A DNA stretch of 64,000 nt from Bacteroidetes bacterium UBA2364. Lineage in GTDB: Bacteria; Bacteroidota; Rhodothermia; Rhodothermales; UBA2364. The stretch lies in assembly GCA_002344075.1 (NCBI GenBank), contig DDTM01000058.1, positions 21,874-85,873 on the forward strand. The letters are read 5' to 3'. The translations under genes were made by a program, and so were the position numbers. Positions 17,864 to 26,737 of this stretch are shown here, in pieces. Every line of letters begins with the position of its first letter. Within the stretch, counting starts at the first letter, position 1. The notes beneath the pieces are model-generated. The model searched no databases. It saw only the letters and a list, made by a program, of their open reading frames with translations, and was not told the origin of the DNA.

Positions 17864-19489
17864 ATGGTACAAAAACAAATGCCTCACCTGCTACAACTGG
17901 GTGAAAAAACCGATGTCGGACGGGTTCGCACCGAAAATCAGGATGCTTGCGGGCATTTTGTAGGTACTCCACAGGACGATAAACCAGCTGTTCATCTTTA
18001 TGTTGTGGCGGATGGTATGGGCGGTCATGCCGATGGCCGGATTGCGAGTAACACAGCGGTCAACACAGTGGGCGAGGCCTATTTTTCCCGCCGTATCGGA
18101 TCGGTACTCACGCGCTTAGAACACGCTTTCCAAGAAGCCAACCTCAATATCCACAAATTATTGAAAGATTTGCCTGGTGGACAAATCATGGGGACTACTT
18201 GTACGGCTTTGCTGATAGATGGGGATCGGGCTTTTGTTGCACACGTTGGAGATAGCCGTTTGTATCGGATTCGCCCAGATAAAGCAGAACAAATTTCGGA
18301 AGACCATACCATGATTTCTGCTATGGTAAAAAAAGGCATTCTGACCCCACAAGAGGCCGAACGACATCCACAAAGATCCATGTTGGAACGGGCATTGGGG
18401 CCGGAATCGCATGTAGAAGTAGATACCTTCGAGATAGACCGGCTTCATTTGAATGATGTGTATGTGCTTTGTAGTGATGGCCTCGGAGATGTACATTTGC
18501 CGGAAATATCCGAAATTGTCCGTGCAATGCCCCCACAAGAAGCGGCAGAGAAAATGGTGGCTCTTGCAAATGAGCGCGGTGGCTTGGACAACTCGACCGT
18601 GCAAGTGGTTCGAGTGGCGCCGTCCGATAAGCCTATTGAATACACGGCATCGAATGCCTCTTTTGATACCCAATTACGCCAGCAGGAGGCGCACCCAACG
18701 GTCTCAACTGGTGTCTGGAATGCATTAGAGCAACCGGAAATGTGGAGAAACGACCGTGGACATGCCGTGCTTCCTCCACCGCCAGAAGCAAAAGACCGCC
18801 CAAAGTGGCTTATTCCGATGATCTCGGGCTTGGCGATGCTGGTTGTGGTTGGGGCTGTATGGTTCAACTTAGATTTGCTGAACCGCTCTAAATCAGCTTC
18901 GGTTGCGTTACAAAAAGAGCCTTATAATGAAAATGCTTATTCAGAGGGAAGCCCTTCAAAAGAGCCAGAAACACAGGGAACTACTCTTGGTACTCAAGAT
19001 AATGTAGCTCCTTTGTTATCCGATAATCCCTTGAACAACGGAACCAAACCACCGACGCTTCCGAGTATGGTACCTCCGGTAATTGGTGCCAGTAAACCAG
19101 AAGCGGCAAGAACCACGAGCAAGCCGAAAGAAAATCCCGTTGCAATCAAACCCGAATCCTCTAAAACGGAAACAGAAAAACCGCAAGAACAAGGAAAAGA
19201 TGGTGCAAAATTGGCGAACGGCTTGGCCGAGGCATGGCAAAACCTTCAGACGGGAAACCACCAAGTGGCCGTGAGCCGGTTTATTTCGTTAGAAGCGGAA
19301 TTTGGCAAAACCCCTGAATATCGGGAAGAACGAAGCAAGGCGGCAAAAAAATTGATGTCGTTGGGAGATGGTAAACGGGCAACTCCAGCAAGTGCCTTGG
19401 ATTTGTACCGAAAGTCTCAACAACTCTTGGATAACGAAACGATCCAGAGCAGAATTACCGAAATTCAAAAAATGGAAACCAATAATTAA
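17864..19489 (+). CDS. pppA: PP2C-family Ser/Thr phosphatase (PppA-like), membrane-anchored with an extracytoplasmic C-terminal region
   Basis: PP2C motifs RTENQDA, VVADGMGGHADG, CSDGL and GGLDNSTV. The TM helix WLIPMISGLAMLVVVGAVWF lies near aa 315. About 200 aa follow it (low complexity plus a helical TPR-like end). Confidence 0.8.
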   Translation: MVQKQMPHLLQLGEKTDVGRVRTENQDACGHFVGTPQDDKPAVHLYVVADGMGGHADGRIASNTAVNTVGEAYFSRRIGSVLTRLEHAFQEANLNIHKLLKDLPGGQIMGTTCTALLIDGDRAFVAHVGDSRLYRIRPDKAEQISEDHTMISAMVKKGILTPQEAERHPQRSMLERALGPESHVEVDTFEIDRLHLNDVYVLCSDGLGDVHLPEISEIVRAMPPQEAAEKMVALANERGGLDNSTVQVVRVAPSDKPIEYTASNASFDTQLRQQEAHPTVSTGVWNALEQPEMWRNDRGHAVLPPPPEAKDRPKWLIPMISGLAMLVVVGAVWFNLDLLNRSKSASVALQKEPYNENAYSEGSPSKEPETQGTTLGTQDNVAPLLSDNPLNNGTKPPTLPSMVPPVIGASKPEAARTTSKPKENPVAIKPESSKTETEKPQEQGKDGAKLANGLAEAWQNLQTGNHQVAVSRFISLEAEFGKTPEYREERSKAAKKLMSLGDGKRATPASALDLYRKSQQLLDNETIQSRITEIQKMETNN

Positions 19490-19497
19490 TCAACATC

Positions 19498-21075
19498 ATG
19501 GTAGGTCAGTACATTGATATTTATCGGGTTACGCAGAAACTTGGCCAAGGGGGCATGGGGCAGGTTTGGAAAGCGATAGACACCCAACTCGATCGGACGG
19601 TTGCACTTAAGGTAATGAACGTGCAAGACCCCATGTTTTTGCAGCGCTTCCGGGCAGAGGCAAAAGCCTTGGCCATGTTAGACCATCCCAATATTGTACG
19701 TGTTTTCGGGATGCGTGAAACACCTATTGGAATGGTCATCATTATGGAGTTTGTGGAAGGAAAGGATTGGTCGGACCTGATCTCGCAGGGGAAGTACAAC
19801 ACGCCGGAAGATGTGGCCAATATTTCGAGTCAGTTACTGAGTGCTTTGGAGTATGCTCACTCCAAAGCCATCATACATCGGGATATCAAGCCAAGCAACA
19901 TCATGATAATGGCCGATGGGACAGTTAAAGTGACCGATTTTGGCCTCGCAAAACTTATTGACCCGCAAGCAACCATTGCCGGAAATCCATTGACCCAGGC
20001 CGGACAAGCCGTTGGCAGCCTGTACTATATGTCTCCTGAACAGGTAAAAGGCTTAGATTCGGTGGATCAACGCACCGACATCTATTCCACAGGGATTACC
20101 ATGTATGAGGCTTTGGCAGGGCGTCCACCATTCGAGGATGTAACGGCTACTTCACCCTATGTTATCCAGAAAAAGATTGTGGATGGAGATGTTCCGGCCA
20201 TTACTTCAGCAGCTCCGGGTATTCCCGCCGATCTTGCCAAGGTGATCAACCGGGCGATTCAGGTTCGCCCCGACAAACGGTACGCGAGTGCAGCAGATAT
20301 GCGCCTTGGATTGCAACAACTGGCGACAGGTCAGCAGTCTTCATACCTCCCGCCTGCATCTTCCAGTAAGAAGGTTACGGTTTCATCTAAAAGTGTAACC
20401 ACCCGATCTACAAGCCCCAACTGGATCATGATAGGTGGTATTGGAGCGGTGGTGGTTTTGGGCTTCGTAGCAATATGGTTTTTTGTCTTGAGGCCGCAGC
20501 CCAAGCCCGCTCCTCAGCCTCAGCAAGACGTCACACAAAATGATCCATTACTGAATTCAAATACGAGCCTACAGCCAAGCCAGGCAAATAATCCAAGTAC
20601 GCCCCAGGTCAACAATACACCTCCCTCGGAGAACAATACAGGCGATGTACCTGTTTTGACTACACCACCGCCAAAGAATACGACCCCTGTCCGTGACCGG
20701 ATCCAGCAAGGAGCGCAGACTATTCGTGAAAACGTTCAAAATCGAGAACCGATTATCACACGGCCAACCAAGCCCAATACGGCCAATAACAATAACCAGA
20801 CAACAACACCTGTCACAGAAAAACCAAAAGAAGAGCCTAAGCCTGAGCCTCCGGCGGCAGAAGGTTCGTTTATGGTTACAGTAGTGGGGCCGGATGGTGA
20901 ACCCCTTCCGGCAACCATCTCAACCGATCTGGGTTCCGGTTATGGTGCCCGGAAGAAGTTTACGGGAAAGCCTGGTACCTATTCAGTTTCAGTCAAAGGG
21001 CCGGATGGCACTACCAAAAATACTTCTGTTAAGGTGGTGGCGGGAAAAACAACCGCTACAACCGTCCGTTTCTAA
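19498..21075 (+). CDS. ppkA: Hanks-type Ser/Thr protein kinase (PpkA-like) with a TM helix, a Pro/Asn/Thr-rich spacer and a small C-terminal beta-sandwich-like domain
   Basis: GQGGMGQVWKA (G-loop), VALKV, HRDIKPSNIM, DFGLAK and YMSPEQ. The TM helix is WIMIGGIGAVVVLGFVAIWFFVL. The C-terminus is FMVTVVGPDGEPLPATIS...GTYSVSVKGPDGTTKNTSVKVVAGKTTATTVRF. The start is 8 nt after the pppA stop. Confidence 0.9.
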   Translation: MVGQYIDIYRVTQKLGQGGMGQVWKAIDTQLDRTVALKVMNVQDPMFLQRFRAEAKALAMLDHPNIVRVFGMRETPIGMVIIMEFVEGKDWSDLISQGKYNTPEDVANISSQLLSALEYAHSKAIIHRDIKPSNIMIMADGTVKVTDFGLAKLIDPQATIAGNPLTQAGQAVGSLYYMSPEQVKGLDSVDQRTDIYSTGITMYEALAGRPPFEDVTATSPYVIQKKIVDGDVPAITSAAPGIPADLAKVINRAIQVRPDKRYASAADMRLGLQQLATGQQSSYLPPASSSKKVTVSSKSVTTRSTSPNWIMIGGIGAVVVLGFVAIWFFVLRPQPKPAPQPQQDVTQNDPLLNSNTSLQPSQANNPSTPQVNNTPPSENNTGDVPVLTTPPPKNTTPVRDRIQQGAQTIRENVQNREPIITRPTKPNTANNNNQTTTPVTEKPKEEPKPEPPAAEGSFMVTVVGPDGEPLPATISTDLGSGYGARKKFTGKPGTYSVSVKGPDGTTKNTSVKVVAGKTTATTVRF

Positions 21076-21102
21076 CTTAAACTTTTCAACCAAAATCGTA
21101 TC

Positions 21103-22224
21103 ATGAAACCCTTCTTTTCTTTCACTTCTGTATTGGGGTTGATGACATTGCTCTTAACCGCATGTTCGGGTCCTAAAGAAGCAAATCTGACGTCAAGTCA
21201 ACCATCCGTAACATCTAACACCGAGACCAATGTCGTTCCAAACAAACCTCAGCCGGTACGCCTCATTGATCCGCGTGTTCAGGAAGCCATACGCCAGTTT
21301 AATTTAGGGGAATATGACGAAGCATTGCCTAAACTGGAGCGGCTCAGCCGCGATCGCTCGCTAAGCGTCACCGATCGCCGAGCGACCTTGGAAGCCTTAG
21401 CTGAATTTGCAGCGGCCTCCGAGGAAAACAATAAAGCAATACAATTGGTTTCTACCTTATTACAAGAAGAACCCCCTGCGTATGAACCTGATCCAGATAA
21501 AAAACCATTAGAATACCTCCGGGCCTATTATATGGCACGTAAAAATAAATCTGGTGGATTTGGCGTGGAACGTGCGGATCCAGGTATTAAGACCATTGCG
21601 GTGATGGATTTCCATAATGCATCCATTACAACCGACGCGGCCCGTTACGACCGTTTGCAAGTAGGTTTGCCGCAATTGATGATGTTCCAATTCCAACAAA
21701 ATGTGAACCTAAAAGTCGTTGAACGAGCCCGGTTGGATTGGCTGATGCAAGAAGCCAAAATACAAAATGATCCAGCCAGTTTTGATGTTTCTCAAGCCGT
21801 TCGGGTTGGGAAAATGTTGGGTGCACATTCGGTCGTATTTGGTACATTCATTGTATTAGACAAAAATCGAGTTCGGATTGCTGCCCGTTTGGTGAAGGTA
21901 GAAACGTCTGAGATTCTTTTGACCGAAAACATGGAAGGCAAACCCGCAGATATAATGGCACTTTCAGATCAGTTGGCTCTCCGTTTGGCACGGCGGATCA
22001 ATGAAAACCAAGCGATTAAAATGGCAGCGGCCAATCCTACCAATTCGTTAGATGCCATGCTGGCCTATGCTGAAGGATTGGAAGTATATCATACACAAGG
22101 CCCCGACCTGGCTTTGGAGAAGTTTAAATTGGCAGTACAATTGGATGGGCGGTTTGAGCAAGCCAAAGAAAAAATTGCCGTTATCGAAACGTCGCAACGC
22201 ATGGCAGCGGCCAATGTAAAATAA
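21103..22224 (+). CDS. Lipoprotein: TPR-like helical region + CsgG/LpoB-like domain + C-terminal TPR-like region
   Basis: Lipobox LLLTAC. The core is IAVMDFHNAS...LKVVERARLDWLMQEAKI...VRVGKMLGAHSVVFGTF...RVRIAARLVKVETSEIL, the pattern of CsgG-like periplasmic lipoprotein domains. It is paralogous to the next ORF. Confidence 0.5.
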   Translation: MKPFFSFTSVLGLMTLLLTACSGPKEANLTSSQPSVTSNTETNVVPNKPQPVRLIDPRVQEAIRQFNLGEYDEALPKLERLSRDRSLSVTDRRATLEALAEFAAASEENNKAIQLVSTLLQEEPPAYEPDPDKKPLEYLRAYYMARKNKSGGFGVERADPGIKTIAVMDFHNASITTDAARYDRLQVGLPQLMMFQFQQNVNLKVVERARLDWLMQEAKIQNDPASFDVSQAVRVGKMLGAHSVVFGTFIVLDKNRVRIAARLVKVETSEILLTENMEGKPADIMALSDQLALRLARRINENQAIKMAAANPTNSLDAMLAYAEGLEVYHTQGPDLALEKFKLAVQLDGRFEQAKEKIAVIETSQRMAAANVK

Positions 22225-22249
22225 ATTTTCTCCTCTAAATAATGCCTTC

Positions 22250-23557
22250 ATGAGATATGTAAACTGGTTTATGCTGCTTATCTTGGTTTTTTATGTTGGT
22301 TGTAGTGGAATTCAGCAATCAAAACCGCCGAAAGTCAGGCTTCTGGAATATGAACGGCTTTTGGTAAAAAATCCAGGTAATCCGGTTATGATGCGGGAAT
22401 TGGGGATCGCACACTTCGAGCTGAATCAATTTGATCAGGCCGAAAGCTACCTCAAAGATGCCATTGTCCGCTCGCCTGCCGACCCCAAAATTGCCCTCTT
22501 TTATGGGTTGGTTTTGGAAGCCACCAATCGGAGGGCCTCTGCTTTAGATATATATAAAAGTTATACGCAATATGATCCCAAAGTCAATTTTACTCGACTC
22601 TTGGAAGGCCGTTACCTTAATTTGACGCGGGCGATTCTCCGATCGGAAATGGCAGAATTAGCACGTAAAGAATCATCCGGCGAGCTTACAAATGGCCGTT
22701 TAGAACAAAATGCTGTTGCTGTTTTCCCATTTAGTTACTTAGGCAAGAATAAGCAGTACGAACCTTTGAGCCGTGGAATTGCAGCATTAATCATTACAGA
22801 CCTAGGTTCTGTTCAAGGGCTGAAGTTATTAGAACGGCTTCAAATTGGTGTTTTGCAGCAAGAAATCGCGAGGGGACAAACGGGCTTTATTGATCCGGAA
22901 TCTGCTCCACGCGCTGGTCGGATACTGGGGGCTTCTAAAGTGGTTTCTGGTAATTTCAATGTTTCGGCTAAACAACAAATCACCATTGATGCAGGTTATT
23001 GGGATGTTTTGAAGGATGAATCGGACTTCAAAACGGAGCCTGGGCCTCTTGCAGATTTGTTCCGGCTCCAAAAAAGTGTGGTAATCAAATTGTTGGAAAG
23101 CATGAAGATTCCTATTACAACACAAGAGCGTCAAAAGATATTAGGAACTGTGCCTACTCAAAATCTTCAGGCATTTCTGGCGTATTGCCGAGGCATGGAG
23201 GCGGAAGACTCTGGGGATGTACCCGGCGCTCTGCGCAATTTTAGACGGGCAGTGGAGTTGGATCCTAAATTTCAAAAAGCACGAGAATTGCTTGATAAAA
23301 ACATAAACCGACAGGCTGCCGGAAGCAGTTGGAAAGACATTAACATCTCGTATGACTTCAACGGAGCTGGTAAAAATGGAGGCGCAGGCTTGGGCACCGA
23401 CCAATTGGTTGCGGATCGCTTGCAGGCTGTTGGTACGGAAATGGGGGCCAACCTTTTCCCAAATCCTGAAAAGCGCAACCCGACCGATGAGTTTGGGCGT
23501 GTTTCAGAACAAACCGATTTGCCGCGTCCGCCAATTTTTCCACCAAAAGGCAATTAA
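22250..23557 (+). CDS. Lipoprotein, paralogue of the preceding gene (TPR + CsgG/LpoB-like domain + TPR)
   Basis: Lipobox FYVGCSG. TPR-like MRELGIAHFELNQFDQAESYLKDAI. The core is VAVFPFSYLG...LKLLERLQIGVLQQEIARG...PRAGRILGASKVVSGNF. The tail ALRNFRRAVELDPKFQKARELL parallels LEKFKLAVQLDGRFEQAKEKI in the previous protein. Confidence 0.5.
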   Translation: MRYVNWFMLLILVFYVGCSGIQQSKPPKVRLLEYERLLVKNPGNPVMMRELGIAHFELNQFDQAESYLKDAIVRSPADPKIALFYGLVLEATNRRASALDIYKSYTQYDPKVNFTRLLEGRYLNLTRAILRSEMAELARKESSGELTNGRLEQNAVAVFPFSYLGKNKQYEPLSRGIAALIITDLGSVQGLKLLERLQIGVLQQEIARGQTGFIDPESAPRAGRILGASKVVSGNFNVSAKQQITIDAGYWDVLKDESDFKTEPGPLADLFRLQKSVVIKLLESMKIPITTQERQKILGTVPTQNLQAFLAYCRGMEAEDSGDVPGALRNFRRAVELDPKFQKARELLDKNINRQAAGSSWKDINISYDFNGAGKNGGAGLGTDQLVADRLQAVGTEMGANLFPNPEKRNPTDEFGRVSEQTDLPRPPIFPPKGN

Positions 23558-23575
23558 TCTAACCCCTGAAATACT

Positions 23576-24757
23576 ATGAAAAAAATGCTTTGGCTATGTG
23601 CTGGGGTTTTGATGGCCTGGCCGGTTATGGCACAACAAACTTCATCGCCAACCACGGAGGATCCGCAAAATGTCCGTAATAAGCGGTTTGCCGGCGTCAT
23701 GCCGACCTATCAATCGTGGACTATTGAGGCAGCGTCTGGAGAAACCCTGTCGCTCGGACAGGTCTCCAATCAAGTGCTGGTATATTACCAAGTGAACAAT
23801 CAGGTCTTGATGTCGCTGCGGAACTCCCAAGGGAGGTTTGATGCTGATTGCGAAGCGTGTTTGAATCCGACTTCCACCAGACAAACCTTCTCTGGGGTAG
23901 GCGATACCCAAGTCTCACTTTCATACCGCCTCCCCAATCCTAATTTAATTTTTAATGCAACTGTCAACTTGCCTACTGGCCGTTCGTCCCTTACTTCCGA
24001 AGAATTAGAAACGGTTGGCTTGTTTTCTAATCAGGTATTGGAGTTTAAATTGCCCGTACTTGGACAAGGTACTGCTCTTATGACCAGCGTTTCTGGGGCA
24101 TTCCCTTTGGGCGAGCAAGCGGTGCTGGGAGGGGGGCTTTCCTATATTGTGAATGGAGGATTTAAGCCGCTCACGGATCTTGAGGCCGAGTATAAGCCAG
24201 GGAATGAAGTTTCTGCTGATGTCGGGGTAAATTTCAAGATGGGATCAAACGGTTCTTTGGGAATGGACGCCATGATCACCCGTTACAACGAAGACTACTT
24301 TGTGGAAAAGGCGGTTTTTAAAGCCGGAACGAAAATTAGTACCGTTCTTCAATACCGCCATTTGAATTCAACGACGGAATGGGCGGCATTGGTGCGTTAT
24401 CGTTCACGAGAAAAAAATGCCATCGCCAGTTTTGTGGGAGAAACCCCTGCCGAAGAAGCGACAAATTCCAATCCTGCTGTAATGATGGCTCGCGCAACAT
24501 ATCGGATGAACCTGAATAAGGCGTTCGTCCCTGGTTTTTCGGTAGAAATGAGGTCTTATGCTGCGACTCCTGCCTGGTTGTCGGGCGCATTGATAGGAGG
24601 TATTGGGTTTGATCCCGAGTTTAGACTAAACGAATCAATTCTTATTCCCCTCCGAATTCGTTTTGTTTCTGGAACGGTTTCTAATCAGGGCTACTACCCC
24701 AATACCCGTTCATTGCGAAATTTGAGTGCCAGCGTGGGGTTTTATTGGTCTTTCTGA
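23576..24757 (+). CDS. Outer-membrane beta-barrel protein (MetA/transporter-like)
   Basis: Signal peptide MKKMLWLCAGVLMAWPVMAQQ. Alternating beta-strand pattern throughout, an NLPTG motif, and a C-terminal aromatic signature VGFYWSF ending in Phe. Confidence 0.55.
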   Translation: MKKMLWLCAGVLMAWPVMAQQTSSPTTEDPQNVRNKRFAGVMPTYQSWTIEAASGETLSLGQVSNQVLVYYQVNNQVLMSLRNSQGRFDADCEACLNPTSTRQTFSGVGDTQVSLSYRLPNPNLIFNATVNLPTGRSSLTSEELETVGLFSNQVLEFKLPVLGQGTALMTSVSGAFPLGEQAVLGGGLSYIVNGGFKPLTDLEAEYKPGNEVSADVGVNFKMGSNGSLGMDAMITRYNEDYFVEKAVFKAGTKISTVLQYRHLNSTTEWAALVRYRSREKNAIASFVGETPAEEATNSNPAVMMARATYRMNLNKAFVPGFSVEMRSYAATPAWLSGALIGGIGFDPEFRLNESILIPLRIRFVSGTVSNQGYYPNTRSLRNLSASVGFYWSF

Positions 24758-24872
24758 AAAAGAATGCCCTTTATAAGGTTGCGAAGATCGTACATAAGTG
24801 GTACATTCCAGAATGTTACAATAAAGATGTTGCCCTTACAAGGTCTTTAACCTTTGCCGATCTCATCCATAC

Positions 24873-26123
24873 ATGTTACTCAAAATCATTGTTAGTCACT
24901 CTGTTCGGGATGATTTTTCGTCCGACTACCTCTTTGATGAAGGACCCGTGACCATTGGTCGTCTTCCGGAAAACAAAGTGGTTTTACCAGACCGCGAGTT
25001 GATTGTGGGACGACATCATGCGGTGATCTATCTCGAAGAAGCCTTTGCATGGATTGTGGACGAGTCTAGTAAAAATTTTACGTTTTTAAATGGAGAAAAA
25101 CTCGAACACGGAAAGAAATACCAACTTCGAGACCAAGATCAACTGGAAATTGGCAAGTACCAGTTAAGGCTCTTGGACCTTACACCGAAAAATGAACCTA
25201 AAGTAGCTCCTGAAGCCGAAGGACAAACAGCCGTTCAGCCTGCTTTTAATCCTTTTTCGGACTTAGTTCGTGGATTGACCGATGTGCTTCAGCAAATCAA
25301 AGCCTCCTATGTGCAGGCTGATCCGGGAACACGAATGGTTGATTTGGAAAATGCATTCCATCGAGGATTGGGGACGTTTTCTACAGATGAAATAGCCCTT
25401 AAAATGGTGGATGCCATTCGCCCCAAGACCGAGTTTTCGTCTGTACAAGTGTCGGTGCCTTCGGCGGAGCCAGAAAAACCACGTATTGCCCCCCCTGCGG
25501 AAATGCCAGGATTTGTACCTTATTCTGGGATAGATGTACAAAATAAAACGGAGTGGGAACGTGCAATCGGAGGAATTTATAGCAGTGGACAGGATGGGTT
25601 GATTTTAAAACGCATGGCAGTGGTGGATGATGTGATGTTGCGGATTGTAGAAAAGTTGATTAAAATTCCGGCACATTTTAGGCTAGAGTTTTTAGGCCAC
25701 TCCTTCATTCCACATGCTTCCGGTTTTCCGTTCCACACAGCAACGGTTGAGCAATATAAAGCCTTTTTGTACGATATTCATGTGCCTTACGAGGTCTTGC
25801 GTGCCCGTTTGTCGGCTTTAGAACAGATTGCGGAAGCGGTGCTTTATCACGAGATTGCCTTGCTCGAAGGCTATAAGCAGGCGGTTCAATCTGGTGCTTT
25901 GCGGATATTGGATCAATTAAATCCAGAACATATAAAAAATGTTGCAGAAAAGGAAGGCCAAGATCTATACACCGTTGGTATGTTGAGCCATGCCAAGTGG
26001 CTAAAATTGGTGCAACAGGCACACTATGAACTGGTCAGAGAGGATAAAGGTGTGGTTGAAAAAACCATTTTTAGGCCCGGTTTTGTGAAAGCCTATCTGG
26101 CGAAAATAGAGTCGGTTAAGTAA
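24873..26123 (+). CDS. tagH: T6SS-associated FHA-domain protein, TagH (ImpI/VasC) type
   Basis: N-terminal FHA (VTIGRLPEN, VGRHHAVI, FTFLNGEKL). The C-terminal region has a TagH-like end (KWLKLVQQAHYEL...IFRPGFVKAYLAKIE). It sits directly upstream of tssJ-tssK-tssL-tssM, as in many T6SS-i loci. Confidence 0.7.
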   Translation: MLLKIIVSHSVRDDFSSDYLFDEGPVTIGRLPENKVVLPDRELIVGRHHAVIYLEEAFAWIVDESSKNFTFLNGEKLEHGKKYQLRDQDQLEIGKYQLRLLDLTPKNEPKVAPEAEGQTAVQPAFNPFSDLVRGLTDVLQQIKASYVQADPGTRMVDLENAFHRGLGTFSTDEIALKMVDAIRPKTEFSSVQVSVPSAEPEKPRIAPPAEMPGFVPYSGIDVQNKTEWERAIGGIYSSGQDGLILKRMAVVDDVMLRIVEKLIKIPAHFRLEFLGHSFIPHASGFPFHTATVEQYKAFLYDIHVPYEVLRARLSALEQIAEAVLYHEIALLEGYKQAVQSGALRILDQLNPEHIKNVAEKEGQDLYTVGMLSHAKWLKLVQQAHYELVREDKGVVEKTIFRPGFVKAYLAKIESVK

Positions 26124-26162
26124 TATTCGTTTTTGTTTTTGCATATTTTAAGGGAGATTCAG

Positions 26163-26666
26163 ATGAAACATTACATGAAGACCCAAACGGTTCTTTTGTT
26201 AAGCCTCTTGGTGGGGAGTGTTTGGATATCGGGTTGTTCTTTGTTTAAAAAGAAAAAGGCCCCACAAACAGTTGTCACTGCACCCGTAGAAACAAGACGA
26301 TCGGTAGAACTAACCATTAAGGCCGATGCAACCCTGAATGGTGGAAATCGTGTTAGGGTTGTGATCTATCAGCTACAGCGCAAAGAATTGTTCATGGCTT
26401 CGTCCCGTCAAGCATTTTGGTTGAAAAAAGAAACCTTGTTGCCAGATATTGCCGGAGATCCAAATCAAACACTCAGCTTTGAAATTGATCCCAATGTATC
26501 AAAGAACCATAAAGTATTTTTGTACGAAAACACCAAGTACATTGGGGTTGCGGTTGATTTCTTCCGGCCCGATGGCAACTTATGGCGTACTGTAACCGAG
26601 ATAAATCCAAATAAAAACAGTATGTTTCAGGTTTCTGTCCAAGGAAGTGCCGTTTCGATTAAATAA
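26163..26666 (+). CDS. tssJ: T6SS outer-membrane lipoprotein TssJ (VasD/SciN family)
   Basis: I moved the start from TTG 26133 to ATG 26163, which is preceded by AAGGGAG. Lipobox WISGCS. The TssJ-like pattern is VELTIKADATLNGGNRVRVVIYQLQRKELF...YIGVAVDFFRPDGNLWR. Confidence 0.7.
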   Translation: MKHYMKTQTVLLLSLLVGSVWISGCSLFKKKKAPQTVVTAPVETRRSVELTIKADATLNGGNRVRVVIYQLQRKELFMASSRQAFWLKKETLLPDIAGDPNQTLSFEIDPNVSKNHKVFLYENTKYIGVAVDFFRPDGNLWRTVTEINPNKNSMFQVSVQGSAVSIK

Positions 26667-26737
26667 GCACCTGAAACCCATATTTAGACTCCTCATGCAA
26701 GGCTGTCTCTGGATGGCCGAAGACCCACACCGATTGT

